Assembly: GCA_011109175.1 (NCBI GenBank)
Contig: RDEW01000031.1
Location: forward strand, 157,313 to 221,312
From: Dicyema japonicum
Lineage: Eukaryota > Animalia > Dicyemida
Reading direction: 5' to 3'
DNA length: 64,000 bases
Made by a program: the position numbers and the translations under genes. Under the pieces are notes generated by a model that was not told the origin of the DNA, did not search any database, and saw only the letters and a list, made by a program, of their open reading frames with translations. How positions within the stretch are numbered: position 1 is the first letter of the stretch; each line of letters starts with the position of its first letter. Positions 1 through 13,390 of the stretch are shown here, piece by piece.

Positions 1-447
1 TCCACAAGTCCATTAGTGTTATTGTTGGTCCTGGATAGGATTTGATTGATATATCAACAAGCTGGTCAGATGAGAAGTGCCAAAACTCTGATCCATCCAA
101 GAGGTGAAAATGTCCGAAAGGAATTGTGATATTATTCGTCGGGAATCTCTATAGAGGGTTTCCTCTGAATCATATCTCGTCCAAGAGGGGACGCCGTCCA
201 ACTGGGCGCTTCTTTTATTCAACAAAGAACCATAGTGTTATTAAGAAGATTCACGATTTATAGCTTATAGAGACTTCTGAGCGGGTATCAGGGTGCCTTC
301 CCAAGAGATATGGTGTTCTGGTTCTGTACTTTCCGTTTAAGATAGGAGCTATCATACAATTTTTGTGTTCCTTATTTGAATAATTCCGTTGAGACTGTAC
401 AGGAACTGAATATAATAATAATACTTTTCACCAGAGCCATAATTTAT

Positions 448-745
448 AGCTCCGCATAGGCATAGTGGTTAGGTGTCGGGCAAAGTGGCTTAGGTTACGA
501 GTTCGATTCTCGTTGCTGTTCACCTGGTGGAGGGTTCCACGCATCTACGATGCTAAAAGGGCTTGACGAGTGACGCCGTCATCAGTGGACATTCACTGGG
601 GAACTGGATAGTCTAAAAAGGACCCACAGACTAGAAAAAGAAAAAAAAGAATTGAAGATCATTCCTTGGTTCTACGATTAGTTAAAATTAACTGTACTTT
701 AGTTGAATAAATTGTGTGTCCTGCCTATGAGGAGGAACTGAATAA
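448..745 (+). mobile_element. tRNA-derived SINE, family 1 (near full length)
   Basis: A-box-like TAGTGGTTAGG and T-arm ACGAG-TTCGATT-CTCGT. The body CTTGACGAGTGACGCCGTCATCAGTG recurs at 7617, 48368, 51235(-) and 55020. Confidence 0.8.
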
Positions 746-928
746 TAGTATCGATGAATTCGGCTCTATATAAAGTAAGATAAATAAAATTTAATTTAAA
801 AATGTTATAATGAAATTTAATGCTAATTATTTTAATACAAACTTAACAGAGTTAGAGTAAACTAAGTTTAAAGCATATCATAATATTGCTTGCATGATAA
901 AAATTAGAAAAACTCGAGGAATTGTGTT

Positions 929-1931
929 AGCTTCAACACAGAGAAGAGAGTGGTGCTCTTAAGAAGAGAGGGCAGCCACCGAAAAAAACCAGAAGTAGTC
1001 AGGATAACCCTGATTAATGCCCGTTCTCTTTGGAAACGGGCCTCAGTGCTGGTTGCTCTAGCCAGCACGATCCAGATGGATGTTCTAATTATAAACGAAA
1101 CTAAATTATGGAAGATGCCCAAAGGCTGTTGAAGCTAACATTGCGAAGAAAAACAAAATTGACCAAAAAAGGAAAGAATCGAATGGAAAATTATTTCTAA
1201 AACGAGAAAATGCCCATAATGGAGAAAGTGAAGTTTCCAAAACTGGAACTAATAAGAAATTAAAGTCAGAGTTTAGAATGTATGGGCAGACTGGCTGGAA
1301 TACGACATATAATAAGAAACCTTCTAAAAAAGAAACAGTAGAAGCTTCAACACAGAGAAGAGAGTGGTGCTCTTAAGAAGAGAGGGCAGCCACCGAAAAA
1401 ACCAGAAGTAGTCAGGATAACCCTGATTAATGCCCGTTCTCTTTGGAAACGGGCCTCAGTGCTGGTTGCTCTAGCCAGCACGATCCAGATGGATGTTCTA
1501 ATTATAAACGAAACTAAATTATGGAAGATGCCCAAAGGCTGTTGAAGCTAACATTGCGAAGAAAAACAAAATTGACCAAAAAAGGAAAGAATCGAATGGA
1601 AAATTATTTCTAAAACGAGAAAATGCCCATAATGGAGAAAGTGAAGTTTCCAAAACTGGAACTAATAAGAAATTAAAGTCAGAGTTTAGAATGTATGGGC
1701 AGACTGGCTGGAATACGACATATAAAAAAACCTTCTAAAAAAGAAACAGTAGAAGCTTCAACACAGAGAAGAGAGTGGTGCTCTTAAGAAGAGAGGGCAG
1801 CCACCGAAAAAACCAGAAGTAGTCAGGATAACCCTGATTAATGCCCGTTCTCTTCGGAAACGGGCCTCAGTGCTGGTTGCTATAGCCAGCACGATCCAGA
1901 TGGAAGTTCTAATTATAAATGAAACTAAATT
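929..1931 (+). repeat. Tandem repeat, ~414-bp unit, ~2.4 copies, carrying the start of a LINE apurinic-endonuclease domain
   Basis: AGCTTCAACACAGAG starts at 929, 1343 and 1754 (periods 414 and 411). The unit encodes ITLINARSL...DVLIINETKL, an EEP/APE N-terminal motif. Confidence 0.9.
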
Positions 1932-3109
1932 GAAGCACATGGATTGGATTTAGCATCTGAAATTGATGACGAATACGAAAGAAAAACGAGAAGAATTGGT
2001 GATTTATTACATTGCTTGTGGAAACTCGCATTGTAATTGGGGCTTTTTACGGAGAAGAGACATACGGTGTCTCATGAGAGTGCCCCGATAGAGACGACCC
2101 CAAATCTTGGCTTTCCTCTTTAGTTAATGGCTCTTACCTTGTTTAGTTAGTTGGGGTTTTGCGAATAAATCATGTTATCTATCTATCTAAAATTTTAAGA
2201 CTATACTTCTAGGGATCATTTCTAGAGTTTGTCTTGAGAGAACGCTTTTCTAAAGTGTTCCCACACCAAACTGTGATGATGCTGTATACCTTTATAGCCT
2301 TTTCGTGACGCTTCGATCACTATATGGTCGAATGAAAGATCTGTCGTGGCTTTGGAGGTTTCTGAGCAGTTTGTAAAAGTATATAAAATGACTTGGTTCA
2401 AATTATTAAGCAAAAGAATATTTACTGGCAAAACTTGTCTTAGGTTTTTATTGAAACGAAGTGAAGGAAGGAAACTCAAATAAAGAGAATACTTTTAAAT
2501 AAAAAACTGTTAATTTGGCGACTGCACTTTGAAGTCTTTCGATCGATGATTATTCACTCTCTCCATCCTGCATCTAGAAAGACAACCGTGATCCACTTCC
2601 AGAAGTGAACAAGATCATAGTCAGAAACATTCTGGGAGCAATGTGTAAGCTCTCCAGTGACGACAAGATTCTTTTACTAATAAAAAAGATGTCCTCGAAC
2701 AGATCGTCCATAAAATACCCTTCCATAAAATAAAATTTGTATAGACATCTCACATTTTACTGCCACCACAGGTGAAGTACAGACGGAACTAGGAAATTGT
2801 GTGGCAGATGTCAAGTCTGCCACCTGCTCTCGTCGCACTCGGACTGAACCGTATCCATCCAAATGCGAAGTCATTAACATTATTATCACAGAATGACTTT
2901 AGTAAAGCAAGAGCTATGATCTGGACTTATCTTAAGTGTATGCCACTTAAATCGAAAACGCGCTCAATGTGACATGAAAATGTCAACTCTCCTGCAAGAG
3001 AAACTTCCATCTGTCCACCATACTTAACAATTCTTGATTCTACGGCGCTATTTTTCCTCAGGAATATCCATCTCACACTTTTTTTTTACTAACAGCTCCT
3101 GTTCCACGG

Positions 3110-4060
3110 ACATGTAATTTCTAATCGACTAGAGACAATGACTTGCCTAAGGAAGAAACACTTAATATTTCATTTGATAAAATTTGCTAGATTCAGTGTA
3201 AATTATTGCTACTCTGTGAGATATTTGGGATCCGCTTACTGTTTGAACTCGTCCTCTCAACTTTTCTATTTTCAGTCAATGTTTCTACTGGTCTCAGGCG
3301 ACATATCCTACACCACCTTAACGGATTACAAGATAAAGCAGTAGCATGCACGTCTTCGAAGAGTCTAAGTGTGGAATTCCCGAAGAACGTTTATAGACAA
3401 CGAGACTGGGATAAACCATTATATTCAAAAACTATTGATGAGATAAAACCAGAATCGCCTGGCATATTTTCTGCATCGACGGACGAAAGTGGTGAATGGC
3501 TCATACCTTTCCCATGCACCTCATTTGGGACGTTATTGGATGACGACGCCATAAGAATAGAAATTTACATCCGTCTCAGAGTGGGTGTCTTCGCGGCCCA
3601 TTGTGTAAGGGTGATCGACGTTAAAGGTATTTACGCTCTTTCCCTAAGAGGAGTTCAAGGCAAATAGCAATCAACGGAGTTATTGCGTGTAGACTGGATG
3701 TAATCGGATTTCCTGTTTAGCTGAAACCTCTAGGACTGGCCCCAGCCAACAAAAGGCCTGACAGAACAACTCTTTCCACAATTCCTATTCTGGGACGCCA
3801 CTTGTAAGGATGGCCTCTCACCCTCCAACGTCGAAATGACAACAACTCACCTACAATCATTTTCCGGAAAGGGCTAAGACCACAAAGAAGAACTAATATG
3901 AATGTCTCAGAGGACTGTTTATTTTTGAACCAGCCGCCGTGGAAACATCAGGACTTATTGGAATCTGATAACTGACCGTGCTAAATTGCATCAGCTCACT
4001 TATCGCCAGGAGGAAGAAGGATGAGTGAGAAAGGAGCTGAGCATATTTTCTTAAAAATCG
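3110..4060 (+). mobile_element. CRE-like RLE non-LTR retrotransposon, decayed 3' part
   Basis: WLIPFPCTSFGTLLDDDAIRIEIYIRLRVG, then KRPDRTTL and FEPAAVETSG, with frameshifts and stops. Confidence 0.7.
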
Positions 4061-4189
4061 TCAGGGGAAATGCGTTTTCAAATTTACCACTAATTCGATA
4101 TTATAATCTAATCTTTCTTATCTAACCTTCCCATTACCACATTAAATGAAAAAATAACTTTTTTTGATCCTTCCTTACTTGCAGATTGA

Positions 4190-4520
4190 TCCCATGTGCT
4201 CCCAAAAATCTCACATTCATTCTACTCTGGGGAAAAATTTCGGCCTCTCGTAACTTGGGGACCAATCCTTCCTTGGTCTTTACTCTGGATTTGAACAAAA
4301 AAATATCATTTTACCTCACCAATATCTTCTTACATGGCCAACTCTTTACTATTATCTTCTTGCATTGTAGGTTGCACAAAAAGAATCGCACGACGTGCGT
4401 CGAAGAGTACGCTTTCAAGGGTTTTCTTGAGCGCAGTTGCTTGTACAGTAAAACTCCTTCGATTTTGGGAATTCTAAAAAACTGGCTGTTAGAAAGAGTA
4501 ATAAAAAAAAATTTATTTTT
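4190..4520 (-). mobile_element. R4/NeSL-like retroelement 3' end
   Basis: The minus strand encodes QATALKKTLESVLFD, similar to the LQSTVLKGTIESL tail at 30960-31000. Confidence 0.55.
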
Positions 4521-4574
4521 TGGTAAACTAATTATCAAGTGTGTTGTTAACCCAATTTCCTTTCTTCAACGCTT

Positions 4575-4790
4575 TTGAAATTTGATTTTGCGGAAAAGTT
4601 TTCACATCGTAATCTTCATCAGAAAATTTGGTCAGGGAGAAAATAGGAAGATCCTTTAACGACTGTGTCGTGACAGAAAAACACGTAGCCTCACAGGTGG
4701 GATCTGTTTGACGACCTTCGTTAAAAATTTCATTTTTCGGATTTGAACCCACGACTGTCAGATAGATGTTAAGTTCAGCCAGAAAGCCTA
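4575..4790 (-). mobile_element. tRNA-derived SINE, family 2
   Basis: The reverse complement carries TTCTGGCTGAA, GTGGGTTCAAATCCGAAAAATG and CTCCCTGACCAAAT, matching 15665 and 22895. Confidence 0.7.
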
Positions 4791-4934
4791 AAGTTGAGAC
4801 CAAGGGTAAAATCAAACTAACTAATTCCGGTATCCTGACGTGTAGCAGCAGAACCTTCACTCAAGAACAGTGATCCAGAGGACGTTGTCCGAAGAGCTGA
4901 GGTCAATTCCTGAACTCATCGCCAAGGAACTAAA

Positions 4935-5120
4935 TTGTCTCCTGGTGGAATGAATAGCTGGATTTTTTGCCTGCGAGGCATCGGACGTCTCCTAAGTAAG
5001 GTGGATTCATTGACGCCATTAAAGGGAGGGAAGAGAAATTTTCAACCAATTAGCCACATAGCACACAGCGCCACGAGGATGTTTAGATTAAGCCGCCTGG
5101 TGGAATTTCCAATTTATAAT
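4935..5120 (+). repeat. Dispersed repeat family 3, copy 1
   Basis: Shares AGGTGGAT..TGACGCCA..TTCAACCAATTAGCCAC..GCGCC with 13175-13390. Confidence 0.6.
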
Positions 5121-5339
5121 TAAAAAATGTTAAATCAAAATTTGAACATTTTTTACAAAATCTACTAAAAATGTTCAGTCAGGGTTATTCGAGAAAATAA
5201 ATATTGACATTAGTTTAGACCTGCGCTTCCTGATTCGTTTTGAATTTGCATCCCCGATTTTAGACCTAGCAGAATTCTAATTTTATTCATAAAAATTAGT
5301 TACGTTCCTTGAGACTTTTCCTGCCTTTTAGTTTTAATT

Positions 5340-6010
5340 AATCCTTCAAAACGTGCATAATAATAATGTATGAACAGTCTATGATTCAAAGCCCTTCTTT
5401 AAATGAAATTGACGATTTTGACACACTAGTATGAAGGATACAATAAGTAACTGTTACATCTGGAACATGTTTTCTCAAAAAGGATGCAAACTCAGACCTG
5501 TTTCTCAGCATAACTGGAGCACCGTCCGTGGAAATTGACCCGATAATTTTTAATGGAATATCATGTTCATCAAAAAAAGTTTCAATTACATGGAAAATAT
5601 TTTTTGCAGAAGCTTCCGTTTCGAGAGGTTTGCAAAAAAAAAACTTTTCCGCAATTAAATTTTCTTGTACATACAAACAAAGCCAATTAGTTGACTGCAA
5701 TTATCAATATCGGTAGATTCATCCAACTGGATTGAAATCCTGATAAAATAATATCTTCATGTCCGAAACAACTTGTTTAAGAACATCACATGATATTATA
5801 TTAATTGGATCCAGGATACAATTATTTGACAAAAGAATTTGCTGCAGTTTACGAGAGGCGTCTGGACCCAGAACTGTTTTTCACCATTTCCAATGCACAC
5901 GGCTTAATAAGAATCTCTGCAATAGTAATGTGGATTCTTTCATTTCGCAACTTCATATGCTACTTCGAATAACGCCAAAAATAACGGATTGTCAATTCAG
6001 GTAAATACAA
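5340..6010 (-). mobile_element. hAT (Buster/ZBED5-type) transposase remnant
   Basis: IQLDESTD (~5720), FFFCKPLET...IFHVIETFF and SISTDGAPVM...YCILH, frameshifted. Confidence 0.85.
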
Positions 6011-6694
6011 GCTTCGGAATTGTTCCTTGGATATCGTATCGTGACTTTTAGCCTTCAAACATTCAAAATTATTTCCTGAACGATGACAAAAAATAGCAAA
6101 GATGATAAAAAAAGCAACAAAAATATAAAAATTATTTCATCAAAAATACATCAATCGAAACAAATTTAATTTTATTACTAATCAATGATAATGAGTCATA
6201 TAAACATCAAAGTCGAAAAAGTATTAAATTTATACAAAATAACGCTCTTAAAAATACCAATTTTTAATATTTAAATGAAATAATCAGACTGTATTTGTAG
6301 CGAAATATGATGTTGATGATTATTATTAGAATATGAAGGCACCTGATAGCTATTATACGTACAGCATCTTGAAAATGATCCCCTGAGTTCTTTCCATTTT
6401 GGGTCGGATTAGACTTGAACTTCGATCTCGTGCATCCGAAAAAAGAAATTTGGGTTTCTGATATTTTCTGAGTAGTCTTTCGCCCAAGTGACGTGAAGAA
6501 AGAAGACAAAGGGAAATCTTATAATAAATATTTAAAATTTATTTAATTTTATTTAATTTTATTAATTTAATAATTTTATTTTAGTTAAAATAACATTTTT
6601 TTAATTTGAATTTAACTTATTCAATTCTGTTTGCTGTTAACAGTAATGTCTGCATAATTGAAACGCTTTTGGCTGTTATAAAATTTATAACGAA

Positions 6695-7311
6695 ATGGAA
6701 CAACCATTGAAAGTTATATTAAGGAAGGTAGTTAATATGTTTTACCAAATTGTAGGAGAAACAGCAAGAAACAAAGTTCAACCGTACGCATATAACATTT
6801 ACGACTCAACAGTCTCCGTTCCCTGCTCATTAATTTATGATAATTGGTTGAATAGGATTGAATATAATTTAGTACGACTTTCTTATCGTTGAAGGAAAAT
6901 GTCCCAATTCCTGTAGTACTGAACAGTTACTGTGTGGTCTTTTATGCCACCAATATTTGCAAGAGAAATATTTTGTTTTTAATCAATTCTTTAACGAAAT
7001 TGGAAAATTGTGGGATTGTCGATTTTGCTAAAACAAAATCATAGTTACTATTTTTGTTTATTTTTAGTCTCCAATTTTCCACCGTTGTCAACCATGTTGA
7101 ATGGGTTATTAGTTCCGAAAATTCTGACTATGAGGAAGGATCTAGTATGAATAATTTTCGGTATTTGATCTATTCATTATAAAATATTTTATTCTAAAAT
7201 TATGCTAAATATTTGTTTTTCTTAAATATTGATTATTTTAGTGAAATTGCAACTCAAACTGAAAGCCATTATCTGGAGTATCAGAAACTAAAAATGAAAT
7301 TAAAAGGATGA
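6695..7311 (+). CDS. Orphan spliced gene, ~155 aa, unknown function
   Basis: Five GT-AG introns (28, 29, 26, 24, 81 nt) join in compatible phases into one ORF, MEQPLKVILRKEKQQETKFNLSVPCSL...YLEYQKLKMKLKG*. Confidence 0.6.
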
Positions 7312-7616
7312 GATGTGATAAAGGAACTCAAGTGATCAGTTTATTAATTTTTAGATTGACGTAAGTTTGTTATCAGGTCGCAAAATCTCTGGTAATGCCC
7401 GACTGGTTGTTCCTCGAGTTAATTTGGAGGAAATAAAAAAATCTGGAATTAAAATAGTCAAATATATCTGTAAAAAATGAACTCTAATTATATCTTTGTA
7501 AAATAAAATCTTATATTTTTAATTTAATAAGTGAAGTTTTAAATTCTGGTTATTTTATTTTTTTGCGTTTAATCATTCGTACTGAAGAACATGATAAATC
7601 CATCCTTACTGACTTG

Positions 7617-7935
7617 GCCGGTGGCGCAGTGTAACGAGTGCTGGATAAGAGACCTGATGACCCATAGCTCGAATCTTGCTGCTGTACATTCTGATTGAAA
7701 GTTCCACGCATATACAATGCTTTGGCTTGACGAGTGACGTCGTCATCAGTGAACATTTCACTTCGGAACCGGATCGTCTACAAAAGGACTCACCCAACAG
7801 AAAGAAAAAAGAAGTGAAAAGCATTCCTTGATTCTCCCTCATCGATTAGCTATGATAACTGTTTAATTAAAATAAAGTGTGTGGGAGGAACTATAACTAA
7901 TATGGCTCTTCTTAAAGTGGGATATTATTATTAAT
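7617..7935 (+). mobile_element. SINE family 1, full length with (TAT)n tail
   Basis: A-box-like TGGCGCAGTG, the family body, and an end at TATTATTATTAAT. Confidence 0.8.
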
Positions 7936-8109
7936 AATGCCAAATGAAGCAATAAAGAAATGGTCCTACTAATATGAACTATGTTGAAATTACAATGATT
8001 TTGTTTAAGGTACAATTTATTAGATCTCATAGTAGAAGAGGATTTTCTGAATATCTAATTTGGGGAAAAAGATATTATTTAAAAAAAAATTTTTTTTAAC
8101 AATTAAACA

Positions 8110-8215
8110 AATGTCAGTTGAGGAAGCCTGCTGCGTGGATTGCGAACGAGTTCCCTCGGAGTATGGCTATTCCTATCTTTTGTTTTAGCCATAACCCTTC
8201 TCGTTAAAAAAAATT
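8110..8215 (-). mobile_element. CRE-like RLE element, 3' tip
   Basis: WLKQKIGIAILRGNSFAIHAAGFLN*, homologous to WLRQRIGIAVIRGNAYSV at ~49970. Confidence 0.7.
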
Positions 8216-8509
8216 GAAATACAAACTGCTGAATTGACAAAAAAGGTAGAATTTAATATATACCCTGAAATATCTGATAATTCTTTAAATCTAGTAGGCG
8301 AGGTTGAAGATACAGACGATATTAATGTGGTAAAATTGACTAATAATGTTATTTGGCTCTTCAAGTATAAAAATACTTTAAACAGCCTGAATTGTTTGAT
8401 TTAAATGGAATGAATGGGTTATATCAAATTTCAAAAGCGATAAAAAAATTGGGTTAACAACTCAATTGATAATTGGTTTATCAAAAATAAATTTTCCTTT
8501 ATTAATCCT

Positions 8510-8570
8510 TCTAACCGCATAAAAGTGTCCTGACTGAGTGGAACTATAGCTAATATGGTGTTTTCTCGGG
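8510..8570 (+). mobile_element. SINE family 1 tail fragment
   Basis: AAAGTGTCCTG...GAACTATAGCTAATATGG matches the family-1 tail. Similar tail-only pieces lie at 50845-50925(+) and 55615-55705(-). Confidence 0.5.
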
Positions 8571-8989
8571 AACCAGCTCATTTTCTGTGGTAAATACTTT
8601 AAAAAACTGAAAATTACTTTGAAGATTAAAATAAGTAGCTATATATGATAATTGGTTATTTTAGTAATAACGTGATTCATTCAATTTTATCAAATATAGT
8701 AACAATTTAGGTAATTTTAATCAAAAATCAATTAACCAACAGATTTGATTCATTCCGAATATTAGTAACACATATGATAAATAAAAAATCAATTTTATAT
8801 GTTACTTCAGTTATATTTTTGTATTTGGCCTAGATATTTATCGACGTAAAAATACAATATTATCAACATAATAACATACACAATAACACATCATCCTATC
8901 TATGCTGCCTCTGACAGATGATAATTCAACTTCTTTCAATTTCGGGTTAAATGGAATTCAAATCCCGATCTTTCGTGCATCGATATTTC

Positions 8990-9165
8990 CTTTATATAGA
9001 ACGATGAAATTGATGAATTAAGGGAGGAAAATGTGGAGGATCCAGTATCGGACGAAGGCTTGCTTCAAAGATATGTGAGCCTTTGAAGGACTCTGATTGA
9101 TGCAGAGGCTCGAAATAGCAGTAATCAGTGGGAACGCCTTCGAAATCCTGCCGTTTTAGCTAAAA
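8990..9165 (+). mobile_element. CRE-like RLE element, 3' tip
   Basis: QRLEIAVISGNAFEILPF*. Confidence 0.55.
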
Positions 9166-9416
9166 AATTTTGCTTGTTTTCTTTTTTCCAAAATTAAAAT
9201 TTTTAAAGTGCTATATTTATAAATGCCATATTTTGTGGTTTATAAATGCTATAATGATATTTTTAAATGACTGTTTTTAATTTTAACTGCTATAAAAAAT
9301 TGCCACACTGCATGGATCAAATTATAAAAATTATAATTTTTAAATAATCGGTTAGAGATTATTTATAGTGACTTGGTTGGTTATCTTTGTTGATTAATGT
9401 GTTACTTATAGTTCAA

Positions 9417-12266
9417 TTACTTTTTTTTGATATATGCAAATACGATCGAAAAATCATGCAATTGATTGAATGAATTTTTTAATGGTATAAATGAGTACCC
9501 TAATAAAATTATCAAAAATAAAACCTTCGTTTAAAAAAATCACTGGAATCATATTTTGTCCGATTATATTTTCATTTTTATTTTCTACTGAAATTCGCAA
9601 CATACACATGCGACAATTCCAAACCTATTGTCATTAATTCAAAAAACCTTCTCTAAAATGATTTTCTTATTTAATTTCTTGGTGAGTTTATTATAATTTG
9701 AATTTAATTTAATTTTTGTTTCATTTTTATACGTTCCAAATATTCTTATTCGGAAATAAAGAACTCCTTTCAATGGCAGTTTCATGCACAGTGATATCAG
9801 CTAAAATTGAATAAAAATATTGTAACGTTTATTTCAAGATCAATAGTTTCCAAAATCTGGTTATTTAAAGGCGGTTTTAATATATATCCGTATGTTTATT
9901 ATAATTAAAAAACGATAGATTTGCTTGCATATTTTCATCTCAAATAAATTGTATCAATTTACCTAAAGTCTGAAAATTCATTGCAACCATTTGACAGCCA
10001 ACGGTCCAAAAATACTACAAATATTCACAAAGATAACCATTGGATTATAATTAGATGAATTAATTCTTGTTTTCTTAGGATATATTCTTGAAATCCGACT
10101 TTCGTTGTATCTTTAATTTTTTATCATTAAAAAGTCAAACTTACTAAAAACTCTCATTTGACTTTCTATTTGACTTGTAGCCAGAGTTTCGTTAAACGAT
10201 GTCATTAGATATCTCGTATCGTGTTCTAGATTTTGAATATATAACAACCAATCAACTTATCCATAGATGAAAATGGAACTGACTGAAAATAATTAGCGAT
10301 TGATTTCAAATTTTCCGAAATTGAGCTATCTTCTGTTTGGACTTCCTTTAAAATAATATTGTCGCAAACAATTGAGAAACTTTTCCGTCTATCAATTTCG
10401 CATAGTTCACACCAGTCATCCGTGTGTTTTGCAATTTCACCTGATCATCAAAATAAAATTTACATATGCATTTGTTACTTATAAAATGAAAACTAGAAGC
10501 TGAAGTTGATTGTTCAATTTCAAGTTTTGACATTTTTTCTGAAAATAAAATTAATTGTGTGACTGGATGATTTAATTTTGGTTTTTATTAAAATTTTATT
10601 TTTTAATTTGTTTGGACTTGGAATTGGGACGGAAATTTTTAACTAGATAATTTTTATAATCTAATACTGGATGGTCTTCTAAAGGTTTGCTTATAAGCAG
10701 ATCTCCAAATATTTCCTTAATATATTTAACCATTTTCTGTTCAACTTTTTTTCTTTTAAAAAAATTAAAAAAAATTTACGAGCAGTGATTTTCGATTGAG
10801 AGAATTACAGGATATTCTGAAGTTTTAAAAGCGCTTTCTGCAATTGCACTGATTACGCTCTTCAGAGTTAATTGTTTGATTACTTTGAAAGATATAACTG
10901 AACAGACCGAATATCCATGTGTAATAATTGGTTCTGAATTATTTCCATCCCAACAATCCAATTCTACACAACGACATCCTTTAGTCAATATCAAATTATA
11001 ATTTTCTACTATCGATTTTCCTCCAACTTGATTTCCTTTAAATAATCATTTGTAATCACCTAAATACGTATTATGTGACGAATTTATGAAATATTCGTTC
11101 ATTGGACGATCCATGTCATCCATTTTATCAAAATTTTCCAAATCCATATACATGTGATGTTTGCTTAGCAGAAATTTGAGCATTCCTTCAGTAGAAATTA
11201 ATCCTTAAATAAATAAACGAAATACCATCATTTTTCAAATTTTCGTTGTTTTCAAATGAGATGATTATTTGATTCGCAATGTCTTGAATAGAAATTTCAG
11301 AATCCAAGTCTTTATATTTATACACTTCGTCCTCCAAAAACTTCAGCAACTGATTAGTAGTCAGGTAAGGATTACCGCCAGAATACCTAAAAGGTTCAGT
11401 TAACAAATTTAACTTGTGAAATATCATTCTAAACCCAATTCTATTTGATATTCCCATATAAAACATGAAGAAGTGATGAAAGGTAAAGTTTTCAACAGTC
11501 AAAACCGAATTCTTGATCGAATTTAATGATTGAATACCTTTTCTAATAATATGTTTGCATAATTTAATGCTTTTTTAATTTTATTTTCTCCATACTGCAT
11601 ATAATTTTTTGTTAATCTTAATAAGCAAAAACAGAACTTTTCAAGTTTTATTGAGCCGTAATTTTTCATTATTAATTTATATCTGGCAAATACTTTTTTC
11701 AGTTGATTCAAAGGAGAAATATTGGCTAATATGGAATTTTGTAAAATTGCTAATAAAATACTTGCAAACTTCTAAAATTATGGAAATTTGAATTATTTGG
11801 TTAAAGTGGAATTAATGAGTTAAATTTACCCGAGCCAATTTAGTCTTATAAAATACAAAAGTTAATGTGTCTGTGTTTGAGAAACTGTTCCCAATTGTTA
11901 TCGTAATTGACTTTTTTTCTTTTATAACCACATTTTCTTTACTCGATTGTCGATAATGTTTGATTTCCTAAAAATTTAAATTATAGAAAATTAAACTTCA
12001 TTAAAAGACGATCGTAGTCCTGACTTTACATCGATTATTATGCTTGTATTGATACAATACATTTTCTATATTAGACTTATTTTATTTTAAAAATCAAAAC
12101 TTTATCGCTCATAATCCAAAAAATGTAAAATCCGTGTTCTTCTATTCCGAGCTTTATTATTTCCCCACTTTGATTCATCTAATTTTACTAGAAAAATTTG
12201 TACTAGAGAAAATTTTAAGCAATATGCTTCCTTAAAATCCTCAATAGAATTAATAATCTCATCCAT
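9417..12266 (-). CDS. PLCB: Phosphoinositide phospholipase C, PLC-beta-type PH-EF-X-Y-C2, no C-terminal domain
   Basis: PH region [18 protein letters not shown] box [53 protein letters not shown] box [16 protein letters not shown] and [13 protein letters not shown]2 end GYSFIPLKN...FAYIKKK*. Many ~24-35 nt introns. Confidence 0.93.
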
Positions 12267-13174
12267 TTACGATTCATTTTTACTAATGTTATATACTGAA
12301 AGCTTTATGGTTGATTAAAACCATTACGCATGTGACTAATTGAATTTTTTAATTTTTTATTCATTTGAAATTTATCAAATTAAAGCATTATGGAATTAAT
12401 GTTACAGTAGGTTATTGATGGTACCTTTTCACAATATGATGGGTTTTTTTCGACTATATAAGTAACATTTTTGATTAATTAAAAATAAACAATCAAGTAA
12501 ATTTTGAAGAGACTCAGTGTTTGAGGATTATTTTTCTTTAATTTTGTAGAGATAATTTTTTTAAAGTAAACAATACAAACATTCCATATTTCCAATTTTA
12601 AATAGTAGAATAGTTATTGTTTTATTTTCTGTTGCGTTTTAGTCAATGCTGAGGGAGCAAATTTCATGATTGATTTATCATTAACACAAAAATATTAAAT
12701 TCCGTAAATTTATGGAAAAATATTCAATTCCGTAATTATGGATATAAACTAACACTATTTCTAGAAAAAATCAATTTTTACAAGTCACTGTGATTAAAAT
12801 GCGATTTAGTTTCAGTTTTACAATTTATTTGATCAGTTAGTCGAATGGTTAATTGATCGGAAGGTATAGGTGATGACGTACCACCATTGAACTAATTGTC
12901 TACTTTTCTACATGGTAGATGAAAGTCCTTTTCCATCAAACATGACGAGGTGATGGACTCAGGATATCCGAAAATTTGAACAAAGGAGGTGTCGGATGCA
13001 AGGAGAACCCTAGTTCTAATTTCGTCGAATTTATTTAATAACCCCGGATACACCGAGAAAGAAGTTAAAGTAAACAACTAATTAAGTGTATCTAGTTTCC
13101 ACTTGCACAGAAACAGAGTCCATCCGGAATCAACATAAAGGGTAAAAGACGTACATACCTTCAGTTGTGGAAAC

Positions 13175-13390
13175 CCCTCCAGTGGAATGGGGGAGAGCAA
13201 ATGATCCTTTTTTGTGCCGGCTTGGCACTGGGCGCCACCTAGACAGGTGGATCACATGACGCCACTCTAATAGGAAAAGAGAAGAGGAACAGACGAACAA
13301 ACAGAAACTTCAACCAATTAGCCACGAAGCACCACATGGCGCCGTCGAATGTGAAATTGAACGAACTTGGAAAATCATTTGTAGGAAGCT
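13175..13390 (+). repeat. Dispersed repeat family 3, copy 2
   Basis: Homologous to 4935-5120. Confidence 0.6.

Noticed and set aside
2222-2479. BED-finger transposase (SLVWEHFRK)
   Set aside because: A single short motif with no Cys/His ligands following.
2540-2940. Third SINE family (8-bp hairpin GTGGCAGA/TCTGCCAC at 2801-2823, B-box-like GGTTCAGTCC)
   Set aside because: Only one copy in the window and no clear A box.
7975-8460. Host gene exons with GT-AG pairs
   Set aside because: All splice combinations tried hit stops, and the GC-rich core is an RLE tip on the minus strand.
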